Shown one piece after another: positions 36,999-47,474 of a DNA stretch of 64,000 bases. The stretch spans positions 24,118,001-24,182,000 of the forward strand of contig OX597840.1 of the NCBI GenBank assembly GCA_951406725.2. Direction: 5' to 3'. The notes under the pieces are model-generated. The model ran no database searches and had not been told where the DNA came from. It saw only the letters and a program-made list of their open reading frames with translations. Numbering within the stretch: position 1 is the stretch's first letter; each line of letters opens with the position of its first letter. The position numbers were made by a program, and so were the translations under genes. The DNA is from Octopus vulgaris (taxonomy: Eukaryota).

Positions 36999-37545
36999 AA
37001 TCAATCGTCTGGAAGCTGTTCAGCGACGTGCAACCAAAAGAATACCCTCCATCAGGCATTTGCCACATCCTGAATGCCTTATTTCCCAGGGCATGGACAC
37101 ACTGAGACTCCGACGTCTGGCAGCTGACTTGGCAGACACCCATAAAATTATCAACCATCGTACAAACAATAACTCTGAGCACCTCTTCAAACTCCACCCG
37201 TCTAACACCCGTGGACATATTTAGAAAGTAAGAAAACAGCACAGCTCCCATGACTTCAGGAAACATTTTTTCACGCTGAGAGTTGCTGAGGCATGGAACA
37301 AACTGCCGGCATCAGTTATTAGTTGTCGGAGCACTGCATCCTTCAAAACTTCCATGCTTTCTGAGATTCGCCAACACTACACCTGGTTTTCTCCTCCTCT
37401 CCATACATACGCAAGCATGTATCTGACTCATACATTGTTCGCTTTCCAGACATTTCTACATTACTGCATGTACTTTATATGCACTTTCTGACAAGTTGTG
37501 GTGCACCTGAGCACTGTATACAATAATTTCATTATTATTATTTTT
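36999..37545 (+). mobile_element. CR1-clade LINE 3' fragment, second copy
   Basis: Near-identical to about 1019-1552. Confidence 0.88.
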
Positions 37546-38099
37546 ATTACTTCAATAAACTCTTTCTAACCCATGCAAGCATGGAAAAGTGGGTGTTTAA
37601 ACGATGAAGATGTCACTGCTTATTTCTCTCTTCTCTCTTCCCTGTAGAACTGTTTTGCTACTACCCCTCGAGGTTCTTTTCTAGTATCCTCTCTTTCATT
37701 AATTTCTATTTTTGGCAGGGGGATGTGACAACCCTCTGCTGCTGATGAACCCTTCATTATTTATTTTTTGGGAATTTTCAGAAAATTTTTTTTACACATG
37801 GGAATTCATATTCAGAACCCTAAAAAAAATTGTGTGATTTAAGGACTAGCTGTTATTTTTAGCATATCTCACGACCACCTTTATTTGTCACTGACGTTAT
37901 GTTTTTCAATATCGTTCTCCCCGTAAACACATTTAAGGGTCTTTTTTCTGGGTTATATGCGATGCTTGAAGCAGAATTCAACCTCTGCATCTGCCAGGCG
38001 AATTTTTTTTGTTTTCGAATATCAAAAACATCTTCTTTCTCGTTGCTTTCAAGATGTAACACCGATATTCATCAGGTTTTTTTTTTTAAATCAGAGTTC

Positions 38100-38243
38100 G
38101 GCGATCCTTCGGTATAGGTACACACGTGACTTTTTTTACATTTCTGAAGATAAGAGAAACCATTTTCTCCCACCCCTAACCCCCCATATATTAAAAAAAA
38201 CACTTTCTTGAAATGTATCCGGTACTTATACCGAAGTTACGCC
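38100..38243. mobile_element. Merlin-like MITE (GGCGA family)
   Basis: Ends GGCGATCCTTCGGTATA / TATACCGAAGTTACGCC; perfect 8-bp TSD CAGAGTTC; relatives at 1-106, 12092-12284, 40836-40933, 47363-47402 and 51546-51710. Confidence 0.85.
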
Positions 38244-38311
38244 CAGAGTTCTTCTCATCACTCATCAGAACTAATAGCAGACTGGCTAAAACCGAAGAAT
38301 CAAACAGATCG

Positions 38312-38403
38312 AATTATGTCAGGAACTTTTAACTTATAACACCGGAATAATTATAGCGAGGGGAAAATATTAGCGACACCGCCAACCTGCTATTGTAATT
38401 AGT
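38312..38403 (+). promoter_or_regulatory. Conserved upstream element of ZNF7 (E7)
   Basis: AATTATGTCAGGAAC..ACACCGG (CACCG at 38340)..AGGGGAAAAT..CGACACCGCC (CACCG at 38377). Confidence 0.78.
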
Positions 38404-38511
38404 TGAGCAAATTTCCTAAATTGATGTAAAAACAGTCCCAGGAAACCGAATCTTTTCAGATTAATATTAACAAAGATTTCTGCAGCTTTTAAGAATTCCT
38501 GATCTTTAAAT

Positions 38512-40503
38512 ATGGACGATGTTAATCCCTTGGGATCTTCAAACGATGTAAATTCCGTTTCACGGACAGTCAAAGGCAGGAAAGTTTTATTCAATGAAGA
38601 GTCCACTGATCAGAGATCGATACAGAGAAATATTACTGAATATATCTGTGGCATTCGTAAGGAAAAATATATTTCAGAGCATGAATTAATCATACACAAG
38701 GACATCCATAAAAAGGAGAAACCATTCCAATGTGAAATATGCGGGAAATATTACACACAGAATGCCAGCCTTGTTGTCCACGTACGGGGTCACACGGGAG
38801 AAAGACCCTTCAAGTGTGATATCTGCGGGCAATATTTCGTTTCTAATACTATTTTGTCAAGGCATAGAACGATTCATACAGGCGAGAGGCGGTTTCGGTG
38901 TGAAATATGCGGCAAATCTTATATTAGTAATTCGAAACTTGTTGTCCACGAACGGGGTCACACGGGAGAAAGACCCTTCAAGTGTGATATCTGCGGGAAA
39001 TATTTCGTTTCTAATACTATTTTGTCAAGGCATAGAACGATTCATACAGGCGAGAGGCGGTTTCGGTGTGAAATATGCGGCAAATCTTATATTAGTAATT
39101 CGAAACTTGTTGTCCACGAACGGGGTCACACGGGAGAAAAACCCTTCAAGTGTGATATATGCGGGAAATATTTTGTGTCTAATACTGCTTTGTCAAAGCA
39201 TAAAGCGATTCATACAGGTGAGAAACCATTTCAGTGTGAAATCTGCGGGAAATCTTTTCTTTATAATTCGAAACTTGTTGTCCATATTCGTAGTCATACG
39301 GGAGAGAAACCGTGGAGTTGTGATGTTTGCGGGAAGTGTTTCGTGTCCAGTAGTAGTTTGGCGATTCACAAAAGGCTTCACACAGGAGAGAAATTGTTAC
39401 GCTGTGAAATCTGCGGGAAAACTTTTCTAAATAATTCTAAACTTGTCATTCATGGACGTAGGCACACGGGAGAGAAACCGTTTCGTTGTGAAATCTGCGG
39501 GAAGGATTTTGTTGAGAATTCTAAGCTTAAGAGCCATCAACGTAGGCACTCTGGAGAAAAACCGTACGTGTGCGAAGTATGTGGAAAATCTTATGTAAAT
39601 TACAGTGATTTAAAAACTCATGAAGGAATTCATAGTGGTGAAAAACCGTTCAGTTGTGAAATTTGCGGCAAGACTTTTCTCTGTAGCAGTAAATTGAAAG
39701 CACACGGTAGGATCCATACGGGAGAAAAACCGTTTCACTGTGACATATGTGGAAAATCTTTCTCTGATAATTCTAATCTCGGAGTTCACAAACTTAGACA
39801 CACCGGGGAATTACCACATCATTGTGAAATCTGTGGCAAGTCGTTTGTAAGTAACAGTGATTTAAAGGCCCATGAACGAATCCATACTGGAGAGAAACCG
39901 TTCCATTGTGATATCTGTGGGAGATCTTTCTCCCGGAATTTCTATCTTATGAGCCACAAGCGTAGACACAGTGGGGCAAAACCTTGCACCTGTGATATCT
40001 GTGGGAAATCATTCTATGTGAATTCAGAGCTTGTCGTTCATAAAATGATGCACGTTGGGGAAAATCCTTATTCTTGTGATATTTGTGGGAACTCTTTTCT
40101 GACTAATAGCTTGTTAAAAGACCACAAAAAAATTCACAGTGGGGAGAAACCTTATCACTGTGAGATCTGTGGGAATGCTTTTCCTCAAAAACACGATTTA
40201 AAACGTCACAATCGAACTCATACGGGGGAGAATCCTTACCATTGTGATATCTGTGGGAAATCTTTCTCCCGGAATTTCAGTCTTATGAGCCACAAGCGTA
40301 GACACAGTGGGGAGAAACCTTGCGCCTGTGGGGTCTGTGGGAAATCTTTTGTTAATAACAGTGACTTAAACATGCACAAAAAGAAACACACGGGAGTAAA
40401 ACTGTTTCAATGTGAAGTCTGTGGGTATTCTTTTATTTCTAGCCTTTTAAAGAGACATGGATGCATACAGTCTGGTGGGAAGGCTTTAAAATGTGAAACG
40501 TGA
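38512..40503 (+). CDS. C2H2 zinc-finger protein (ZNF7, subfamily A), about 20 canonical plus 2 degenerate fingers
   Basis: 663-aa ORF; 5' part nearly identical to ZNF8, 3' part resembles ZNF6. Confidence 0.95.
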   Translation: MDDVNPLGSSNDVNSVSRTVKGRKVLFNEESTDQRSIQRNITEYICGIRKEKYISEHELIIHKDIHKKEKPFQCEICGKYYTQNASLVVHVRGHTGERPFKCDICGQYFVSNTILSRHRTIHTGERRFRCEICGKSYISNSKLVVHERGHTGERPFKCDICGKYFVSNTILSRHRTIHTGERRFRCEICGKSYISNSKLVVHERGHTGEKPFKCDICGKYFVSNTALSKHKAIHTGEKPFQCEICGKSFLYNSKLVVHIRSHTGEKPWSCDVCGKCFVSSSSLAIHKRLHTGEKLLRCEICGKTFLNNSKLVIHGRRHTGEKPFRCEICGKDFVENSKLKSHQRRHSGEKPYVCEVCGKSYVNYSDLKTHEGIHSGEKPFSCEICGKTFLCSSKLKAHGRIHTGEKPFHCDICGKSFSDNSNLGVHKLRHTGELPHHCEICGKSFVSNSDLKAHERIHTGEKPFHCDICGRSFSRNFYLMSHKRRHSGAKPCTCDICGKSFYVNSELVVHKMMHVGENPYSCDICGNSFLTNSLLKDHKKIHSGEKPYHCEICGNAFPQKHDLKRHNRTHTGENPYHCDICGKSFSRNFSLMSHKRRHSGEKPCACGVCGKSFVNNSDLNMHKKKHTGVKLFQCEVCGYSFISSLLKRHGCIQSGGKALKCET

Positions 40504-41026
40504 GAGGTTTTTCCTTGTAAGTCTAAATTTATATCAGATATATAAAATTTCTAAATATCTCATAGACATATGTACGGTGGTTGAGCGATAGAGTGATTGT
40601 ATACTGTCAACTTAACGTGAGAGAGTTATTGTTTGCGGAGACATATCCGGGTGTGGGTGGTTTGTCCTGGACTGTTTGAAGGAATTTGTCCAAAGACTTC
40701 TTGAATTTTGTGTGGTCAGTTTCTTTTTTGCCAGGCGAAGTTTTTTTGTTTTCGAATATCAAAAACATCTTTCTCGTTGCTTTCAAGATGTAACACCGAT
40801 ATTCATCAAGTTTTTGTTTTTTTAAATCAGAGTTCGGCGTGACTTTTTTTACATTTCTCCCACCCCTAACCACCCATATATTAAAAAATACACTTTCTTG
40901 AAATATATCCGGTACTTATACCGAAGTTACGCCCAGAGTCCTTCTCATCACTCATCAGAACTAATAGCAGACTGGCTAAAACCGAAGAATCAATCAGATC
41001 GAAATGGAACTGTATATGAATCGATG

Positions 41027-41119
41027 AAATTATGTCAGGGACTTTTAGCTTATAACACCGGAATAATCATAGCGAGGTGAAAATATTAGCGACACCGCCA
41101 ACCTGCTATTGTAATTAGT
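41027..41119 (+). promoter_or_regulatory. Conserved upstream element of ZNF8 (E8)
   Basis: AAATTATGTCAGGGAC..ACACCGG (CACCG at 41056)..CGACACCGCC (CACCG at 41093). Confidence 0.78.
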
Positions 41120-41227
41120 TGAGCAAATTTCCTAAATTGATGTAAAAACAGTCCCAGGAAACCGAATCTTTTCAGATTAATATTAACAAAGATTTCTGCA
41201 GCTTTTAAGAATTCCTGATCTTTAAAT

Positions 41228-42886
41228 ATGGACGATGTTAATCCCTTGGGATCTTCAAACGATGTAAATTCCGTTTCACGGACAGTCAAAGGTGAGAAAG
41301 TTTTATTCAATGAAGAGTCCACTGATCAGAGATCGATACAGAGAAATATTACTGAATATATCTGTGGCATTCGTAAGGAAAAATATATTTCAGAGCATGA
41401 ATTAATCATACACAAGGACATCCATAAAAAGGAGAAACCATTCCAATGTGAAATATGCGGGAAATATTACACACAGAATGCCAGCCTTGTTGTCCACGAA
41501 CGGGGTCACACGGGAGAAAGACCCTTCAAGTGTGATATCTGCGGGCAATATTTCGTTTCTAATACTATTTTGTCAAGGCATAGAACGATTCATACAGGTG
41601 AGAGGCGGTTTCGGTGTGAAAATTGCGGGAAATCTTTTATTAATAATTCGAAACTTGTTATTCATATACGTAGTCATACGGGAGAGAAACCGTGGAGTTG
41701 TGATGTTTGCGGGAAGTGTTTCGTGTCCAATAGTAGTTTGGCGATTCACAAAAGGCTTCACACGGGAGAGAAATTGTTACGCTGTGAAATCTGTGGGAAA
41801 ACTTTTATAAATAACTTGAAACTTGTCATTCATGAACGTCGACACACGGGAGAGAAACCGTTTCGTTGTGAAATCTGCGGGAAGGATTTTATCGAGAATT
41901 CTAAGCTTACGATCCACAAACGTACCCACACTGGGGAAAAACTATATTGTTGTGAGGTGTGTGGGAAATTTTTTGTTAATAGTAGTGTTTTAAAAAGCCA
42001 TGAACGAATCCATGGTGGGGAGAAGCCTTATCAGTGCGAAACTTGTGGCAAGTCTTTTCTCAGCAATAGTAATCTTCAAAGACACAAACGAATTCATACT
42101 GGGGAAAATCCATTCCACTGCGAAATCTGTGGCAAGTCATTCTCTGATAATTCAAATTTTTTGGTTCACAAACGGAGACACAGTGGGGAATTGTCTTATT
42201 GCTGTGAAATCTGTGGTAAATCGTTCGTAAATAACAGTGATTTAAAGACCCATGAACGAATCCACTCTGGAGAGAAACCCTTCCATTGTGATATCTGTGG
42301 GAAATCGTTCTATGTGAATTCACAGCTTGTAGTTCATAAAATGATGCATGCTGGAGAAAATCCCTTCTGCTGTGATATCTGTGGAAAGTCATTTCTTACG
42401 ATCAGTTTATTAAAAACGCACAGAAAAATCCACTCTGGAGAGAAACCATATCACTGTGAGATCTGTGGGAAAGCTTTTCTTAAGAACCACGATTTAAAAC
42501 GTCACAATCAAATCCACACAGGGGAGAAACCTTATCATTGTGATATTTGTGACAAGTCGTTTGGTAAAAATTCTTCCCTTGTTGTGCACAAGCAGATACA
42601 CACGGGGGAAAAGTCCTATCTTTGTGATATGTGTGGGAAATCCTTCTCCCGGAATTTCGATCTTATGAGCCACAAGCGTAGACACACTGGGGAAAAACCT
42701 TGTGCCTGTGGGGTCTGTGGGAAATCTTTTGTTAATAACAGTGACTTAAACATACACAAACGGAAACACACGGGTGAAAAACCCTATTGTTGTGAAGTAT
42801 GTGAGAAATCCTTCATTTCTAGCAGTCTTTTAAAGAGACACGAACGACTGCACTCCAGAGGGAAGCCTCTCAAATGTGAGACATAA
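41228..42886 (+). CDS. C2H2 zinc-finger protein (ZNF8, subfamily A), 17 canonical plus 1 degenerate finger
   Basis: 552-aa ORF of C2H2 repeats. Confidence 0.95.
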   Translation: MDDVNPLGSSNDVNSVSRTVKGEKVLFNEESTDQRSIQRNITEYICGIRKEKYISEHELIIHKDIHKKEKPFQCEICGKYYTQNASLVVHERGHTGERPFKCDICGQYFVSNTILSRHRTIHTGERRFRCENCGKSFINNSKLVIHIRSHTGEKPWSCDVCGKCFVSNSSLAIHKRLHTGEKLLRCEICGKTFINNLKLVIHERRHTGEKPFRCEICGKDFIENSKLTIHKRTHTGEKLYCCEVCGKFFVNSSVLKSHERIHGGEKPYQCETCGKSFLSNSNLQRHKRIHTGENPFHCEICGKSFSDNSNFLVHKRRHSGELSYCCEICGKSFVNNSDLKTHERIHSGEKPFHCDICGKSFYVNSQLVVHKMMHAGENPFCCDICGKSFLTISLLKTHRKIHSGEKPYHCEICGKAFLKNHDLKRHNQIHTGEKPYHCDICDKSFGKNSSLVVHKQIHTGEKSYLCDMCGKSFSRNFDLMSHKRRHTGEKPCACGVCGKSFVNNSDLNIHKRKHTGEKPYCCEVCEKSFISSSLLKRHERLHSRGKPLKCET

Positions 42887-42918
42887 GATATGGGTCTGTT
42901 TTGTAATCTAAACCTATA

Positions 42919-43187
42919 TATTTCTTTACTACCCACAAGGGGCTAAACACAGAGTGGGGACAAACAAGGACAGACAAGCGGATTAAGTCAATTACGTCGA
43001 CCCCAGTGTGTAACTGGGTCTCAATTTATTGACCCCGAAAGGATGAAAGGCAAAATCGACCTCGGCGGAATTTGAACTCAGAAGTAAAGACAGACGAAAT
43101 ACCTATTTCCTTACTATCCACAAGGGGCAGATGAAATACGGCTATGCATTTCACCCGGTGTGCCAACGTTTCTGCCAGCTTGCCGCC
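42919..43187 (-). mobile_element. SINE family B with target-site duplication
   Basis: Flanked by direct repeats TTGTAATCTAAACCTATA. Confidence 0.85.
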
Positions 43188-43439
43188 TTGTAATCTAAAC
43201 CTATAATGTGTCCACAAATATTCAATGGAGAACATGTGTGCATAAAATACCAGAAATCACTTTCTTTTTGAATTCGTATTATGTAGGCCCACAAATATGT
43301 TCTTTGAAAGAAAATCATTTTCATTTAGGGTCTGTTTTCCATGCTAGCACGGGTAAGACAGTTTAACTGGAGCTGGTAAGCCGGAGAGTTGCACCAGGCT
43401 CCAGTCTGTTTTGGCATGGTTTCGACAGCTGGACGCCAA

Positions 43440-44025
43440 CCTATTTCTTTACTACCCACAAGGGGCTAAACACAGAGAGGACAAACAAGGACAGACACAC
43501 GGATTAAGTCGATTACATCGACCCCAGTGCGTAACTGGTACTTATTTAATCGACCCCGAAAGGATGAAAGGCAAAGTCGACCTCGGTGGAATTTGAACTC
43601 AGAACGTAACGGCAAACGAAATACCTATTTCTTTACTACCCACAAGGGGCTAAACACAGAGGGGACAAACAAGGACAGACACACAGATTAAGTCGATTAC
43701 ATCAACCCCAGTGCGTAACTGGTACTTATTTAATCGACCCCGAAAGGATGAAAGGCAAAGTCGACCTCGGTGGAATTTGAACTCAGAACGTAATGGCAGA
43801 CGAAATACCTATTTCTTTACTACCCATAAGGGGCTAAACACAGAGAGGACAAACAAGGACAGACACACGGATTAAGTCGATTACATCGACCCCAGTGCGT
43901 AACTGGTACTTATTTAATCGACCCCGAAAGGATGAAAGGCAAAGTCGACCTCGGCGGAAATTGAACTCACAACATAAGGGCAGACGAAATACTGCTAAGC
44001 ATTTTGCCCGGTGTGCTAACAATTC
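43440..44025 (-). mobile_element. SINE family B trimer
   Basis: Three tandem units of about 184 bp. Confidence 0.85.
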
Positions 44026-47000
44026 TGTTAACCATTCTACAAAGTGTACTGGGTGTCTTTTACATCTTGAACTAGGAAATCATTTGTGAACTAATGGAGT
44101 TCTTTGACAAGTGAATATACCAAACATTGGAAATCTTTTTTGTGAAGCAGGCTGCACGAGATGCAACTCATTGTAAGGTGGGCCACACTACTAAAACAAA
44201 TTCAAGACCAGTTTTCATTAGGGGTGCCATTCAGAAAGTTTTGCAGGTTGCCCATGACTGGAATACACATTAGATAAAATCTATATCAAAGTGAAATATG
44301 TGGGATATAATTGGATTAATTAAATCTTCATTTGTAATTCATAGCTGAACACAGACAGAAGAACCCTTTCACTGTGGAATATGCTATCATCATTCTCTAA
44401 ATTCTAGTATTGTTATCCAAGAATATTCGTTGGAGAAAGATCATTCACTGTTTGTCTCAAAGACACAAAGTTAAAAAAATGGCTTTATAAATTTGAAACG
44501 AGGGGGAAATTAATTCTGTTGAAAATGTTTGAATTTAAGTAAAATATACACCGGTGAAAAACATTACTGAAATGATTTGTTAAAAAGATGGTTCATAAAC
44601 AGAAATATGAGAAATTTATGTAAAATATTACCTCTGAAATTTACAACAAAATGTTCAAATAATTTACATATAAATTGAAATATTTTTTTATAATAATTGT
44701 ATACATTTTAAATTAAAATGTTTAAGCTATGCTTGTTAATGTTATTTTCTGAACAATAAATATCTTTCTCAATATCTCGTTAGCATTCCGATTATTCTGT
44801 TAAATCTATTGCTTATTTATTCACATTGTTTTGAATTAATTATGCTTTACAGTTCTATATTTAAGAGATGAGGAATTATGTACATTATTTTTATGGGCAT
44901 ATGGTGTAGTGGTTAAGAGCGCAGGCTATTAAAACCAAGATTCCAAGTTCGATTCCAGGCAGGGACCTGAATAATGATGACAACTGGTACTTAATTTATC
45001 GACCCCGAAAGGATGAAAGACAAAGTTGACCTCGGTGGAATGTCTTATAATATTCTTTTTCTACTCTAGGCACAAGGCCCGAAATTTTGGGGAAGGGGGT
45101 CAGTCGATTAGATCAACCCCAAAAGGATGAAAGGCCTTGGTGGAATTTGAACTCAGAATGTAAAGACAGACGAAATACCTATTTCTTTACTACACACAGA
45201 GGGGACAAACAAGGATAGACAAACGGATTAAGTCGATTATATCAACCCCAGTGTGTAACTGGTACTTATTTAACCGACCCCGAAAGGATGAAACGCAAAG
45301 TCGACCTTGGCGGAATTTGAACTCAGAACGTAAAGACAGATGAAATACTGCTGAGCACTTCACCCGGTGTGCTAACGTTTCTGCCAGCTCGCCGCCTTTG
45401 AAATGCCATATGAAATGCTGCTAAGCATTTTGCCTGGCATGCTAATGATTCAGTTGGAAATGACCAATTGTTGTGTGCTCTGTGTATGTGCCAATGTTGC
45501 CGGAATGAATTATTGGTTAATTTTTATTGCAAACTGGTCATTTAGTGACTTATATAACAAGTAAATCAATCGAAAAAACTATTGATAAATTTCAAAACAC
45601 CACTAGAGTGAAGCTTTCCAAAATGCATCCACCTGAAAGAAAATGCATTATAATAGATATACCAAGATTTGAAACAGTAACAAAAATACGGTAAAACCGA
45701 GGTACACCTGGTAGAAGAGAGGGTGAGGTATGAAACCCTGCCCCTGGTGATGAACTAGGAGGATTTAGGTCCTTATTTTACAGACTAAATAAGATTTGTT
45801 TTGATAATGAACAGTAAAAACGCAATTGTTCGAGGGTGGGCTCAAGGAAGGACGTCCATCCTCGTTGTATATATATTCATTTTCATTCTATGACCGTTGC
45901 CTGACTGGCCCTCGTGCTGGTGGCACATAAAAGCACCCACTACACTCTCGGAGTGGTTGGCGTTAGGAAGAGCATCCAGCTGTAGAAACTCTGCCAAATC
46001 AAGATTGGAGCCTGGTGCAGCCATCTGGTTCGCCAGTCCTCAGTCAAATCGTCCAACCCATGCTAGCATGGAAAGTGGACGTTAAACGATGATGATGATG
46101 TCCCCACGTATACTGTCTTTGTCCTTGTACCATCCCATCTGTGTTTCAGGCCTCGTGCCAAATAAAGAATTCAATTATTGGTTAATTTGTGGAAAGCTGT
46201 GTATAATAATTTAATAACACCAAGGAAACATTTAAACAGGATTTATTATCACCTCACATCCAACCCATGCTAGCATGGAAAACGGACGTTAAACGATGAT
46301 GATGATGATGTGTCTTATGAAGTTGGTCCTGCGTGACAAATAAGCAGGTAGAGTCAACAAGATGAAAGAAGTATGATGCAACACGCAAAGAAGCTAGATA
46401 TCAAAATTTATCACTGGATTAAATAAAAGGAATATGTATGTGTGTGTATGTATGTATGAATATATGTATGTGTGTGTGTATGTATGTATGCATGCGTGCG
46501 TGTGTGTGTGTGTGTATGTATGCATGCATGTATGTGTGTGTATGGATGGATGTATGTATACACATGCGTCGCTTCATTTCTGACACCATAATTTGCATAT
46601 CGGTTGAAGCATGCAGTTGTTAAAACGATTTGGCGAGGGTGGAGCCAGTCATTACGGCGAGACGTCTGCAACAGTCTGCGAATTGGTGCCTAAAAAACCA
46701 ATTCCATAACCGTTGGCGGGAAAAGTTAAACGTTGTTGTTTCCTATTAGATTAGCAACGATCGCTCAGAGCTAAGATGAAAAGCATTTTCAACCGCATCA
46801 ATCTAATTTTTGTATACAAAGGACGACACTGTCGAACGTCTCTTTTCTAAGGCAAAAAGGGTCTGGTTTGAAGAGAATTGACTGTTATTTCATGCTGGTC
46901 GAGTGACCACACTGAGGCTCTTTCGTTGATACGTTATTGTCAGTTTGCTGGGTGATGGTCATTTTGCTTTACCATGAACTGGGATACACTTGAAAGACCA

Positions 47001-47271
47001 AATTCATATCATCGAAGGGCCTTTTATGAATGTCTGAAATTAAGTAAAGGGACCATTTATTTATATCACCGTTGTACATAAGGTACCGACATTCCCTTAT
47101 TGTGTTGAGTTTGGCTAATTTAATTATGAATTGCAGTAATTATATCATGCTATGATAAACGTAACATTGTGGATAACACAGGGATGACTTATATGTTAAA
47201 TTGTTGGTGTTCTTTCCCTGCCTAATTCTATATCTCCTTACATCACAAACTACGTTACATCCTAAATTTAA

Positions 47272-47320
47272 AGAAGGGACAATATTACAAGCAGCACCGC
47301 GAACTTGCTATTGTAATTAG
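47272..47320 (+). promoter_or_regulatory. Partial upstream element of ZNF9 (E9, proximal half only)
   Basis: AGGGACAATATT..GCACCGC (CACCG at 47295)..CTATTGTAATTAG; the distal half is degenerate. Confidence 0.6.
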
Positions 47321-47474
47321 TTTTAGCTAAATTAATTACGGCATGTAAACAGGGTCCCATGAGGCGATCCTTCGGTATAGGTACCGTAAGTGGCTTTGTT
47401 TAACAAAACTGAAACCATTGTAGATCATAGCAACTGACGTTTCTACAGCTTTTAAGAATTCCTGGGTAATTAAC

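Noticed and set aside
38732-39430. Alternative-frame and antisense ORFs over ZNF genes
   Set aside because: They are by-products of repetitive finger codons, with no independent protein signature
44895-44970. tRNA gene
   Set aside because: A/B boxes are present but there is no complete cloverleaf acceptor stem; it is most likely a SINE head like the other tRNA-like sequences here
47433-47448. CTGAC..TTTCTACAG as a conserved splice acceptor for subfamily A
   Set aside because: The AG is present in ZNF2, 7, 8 and 9 but absent at the aligned position in ZNF1, 3, 4 and 5, so it is not a shared acceptor; use in individual genes is not excluded
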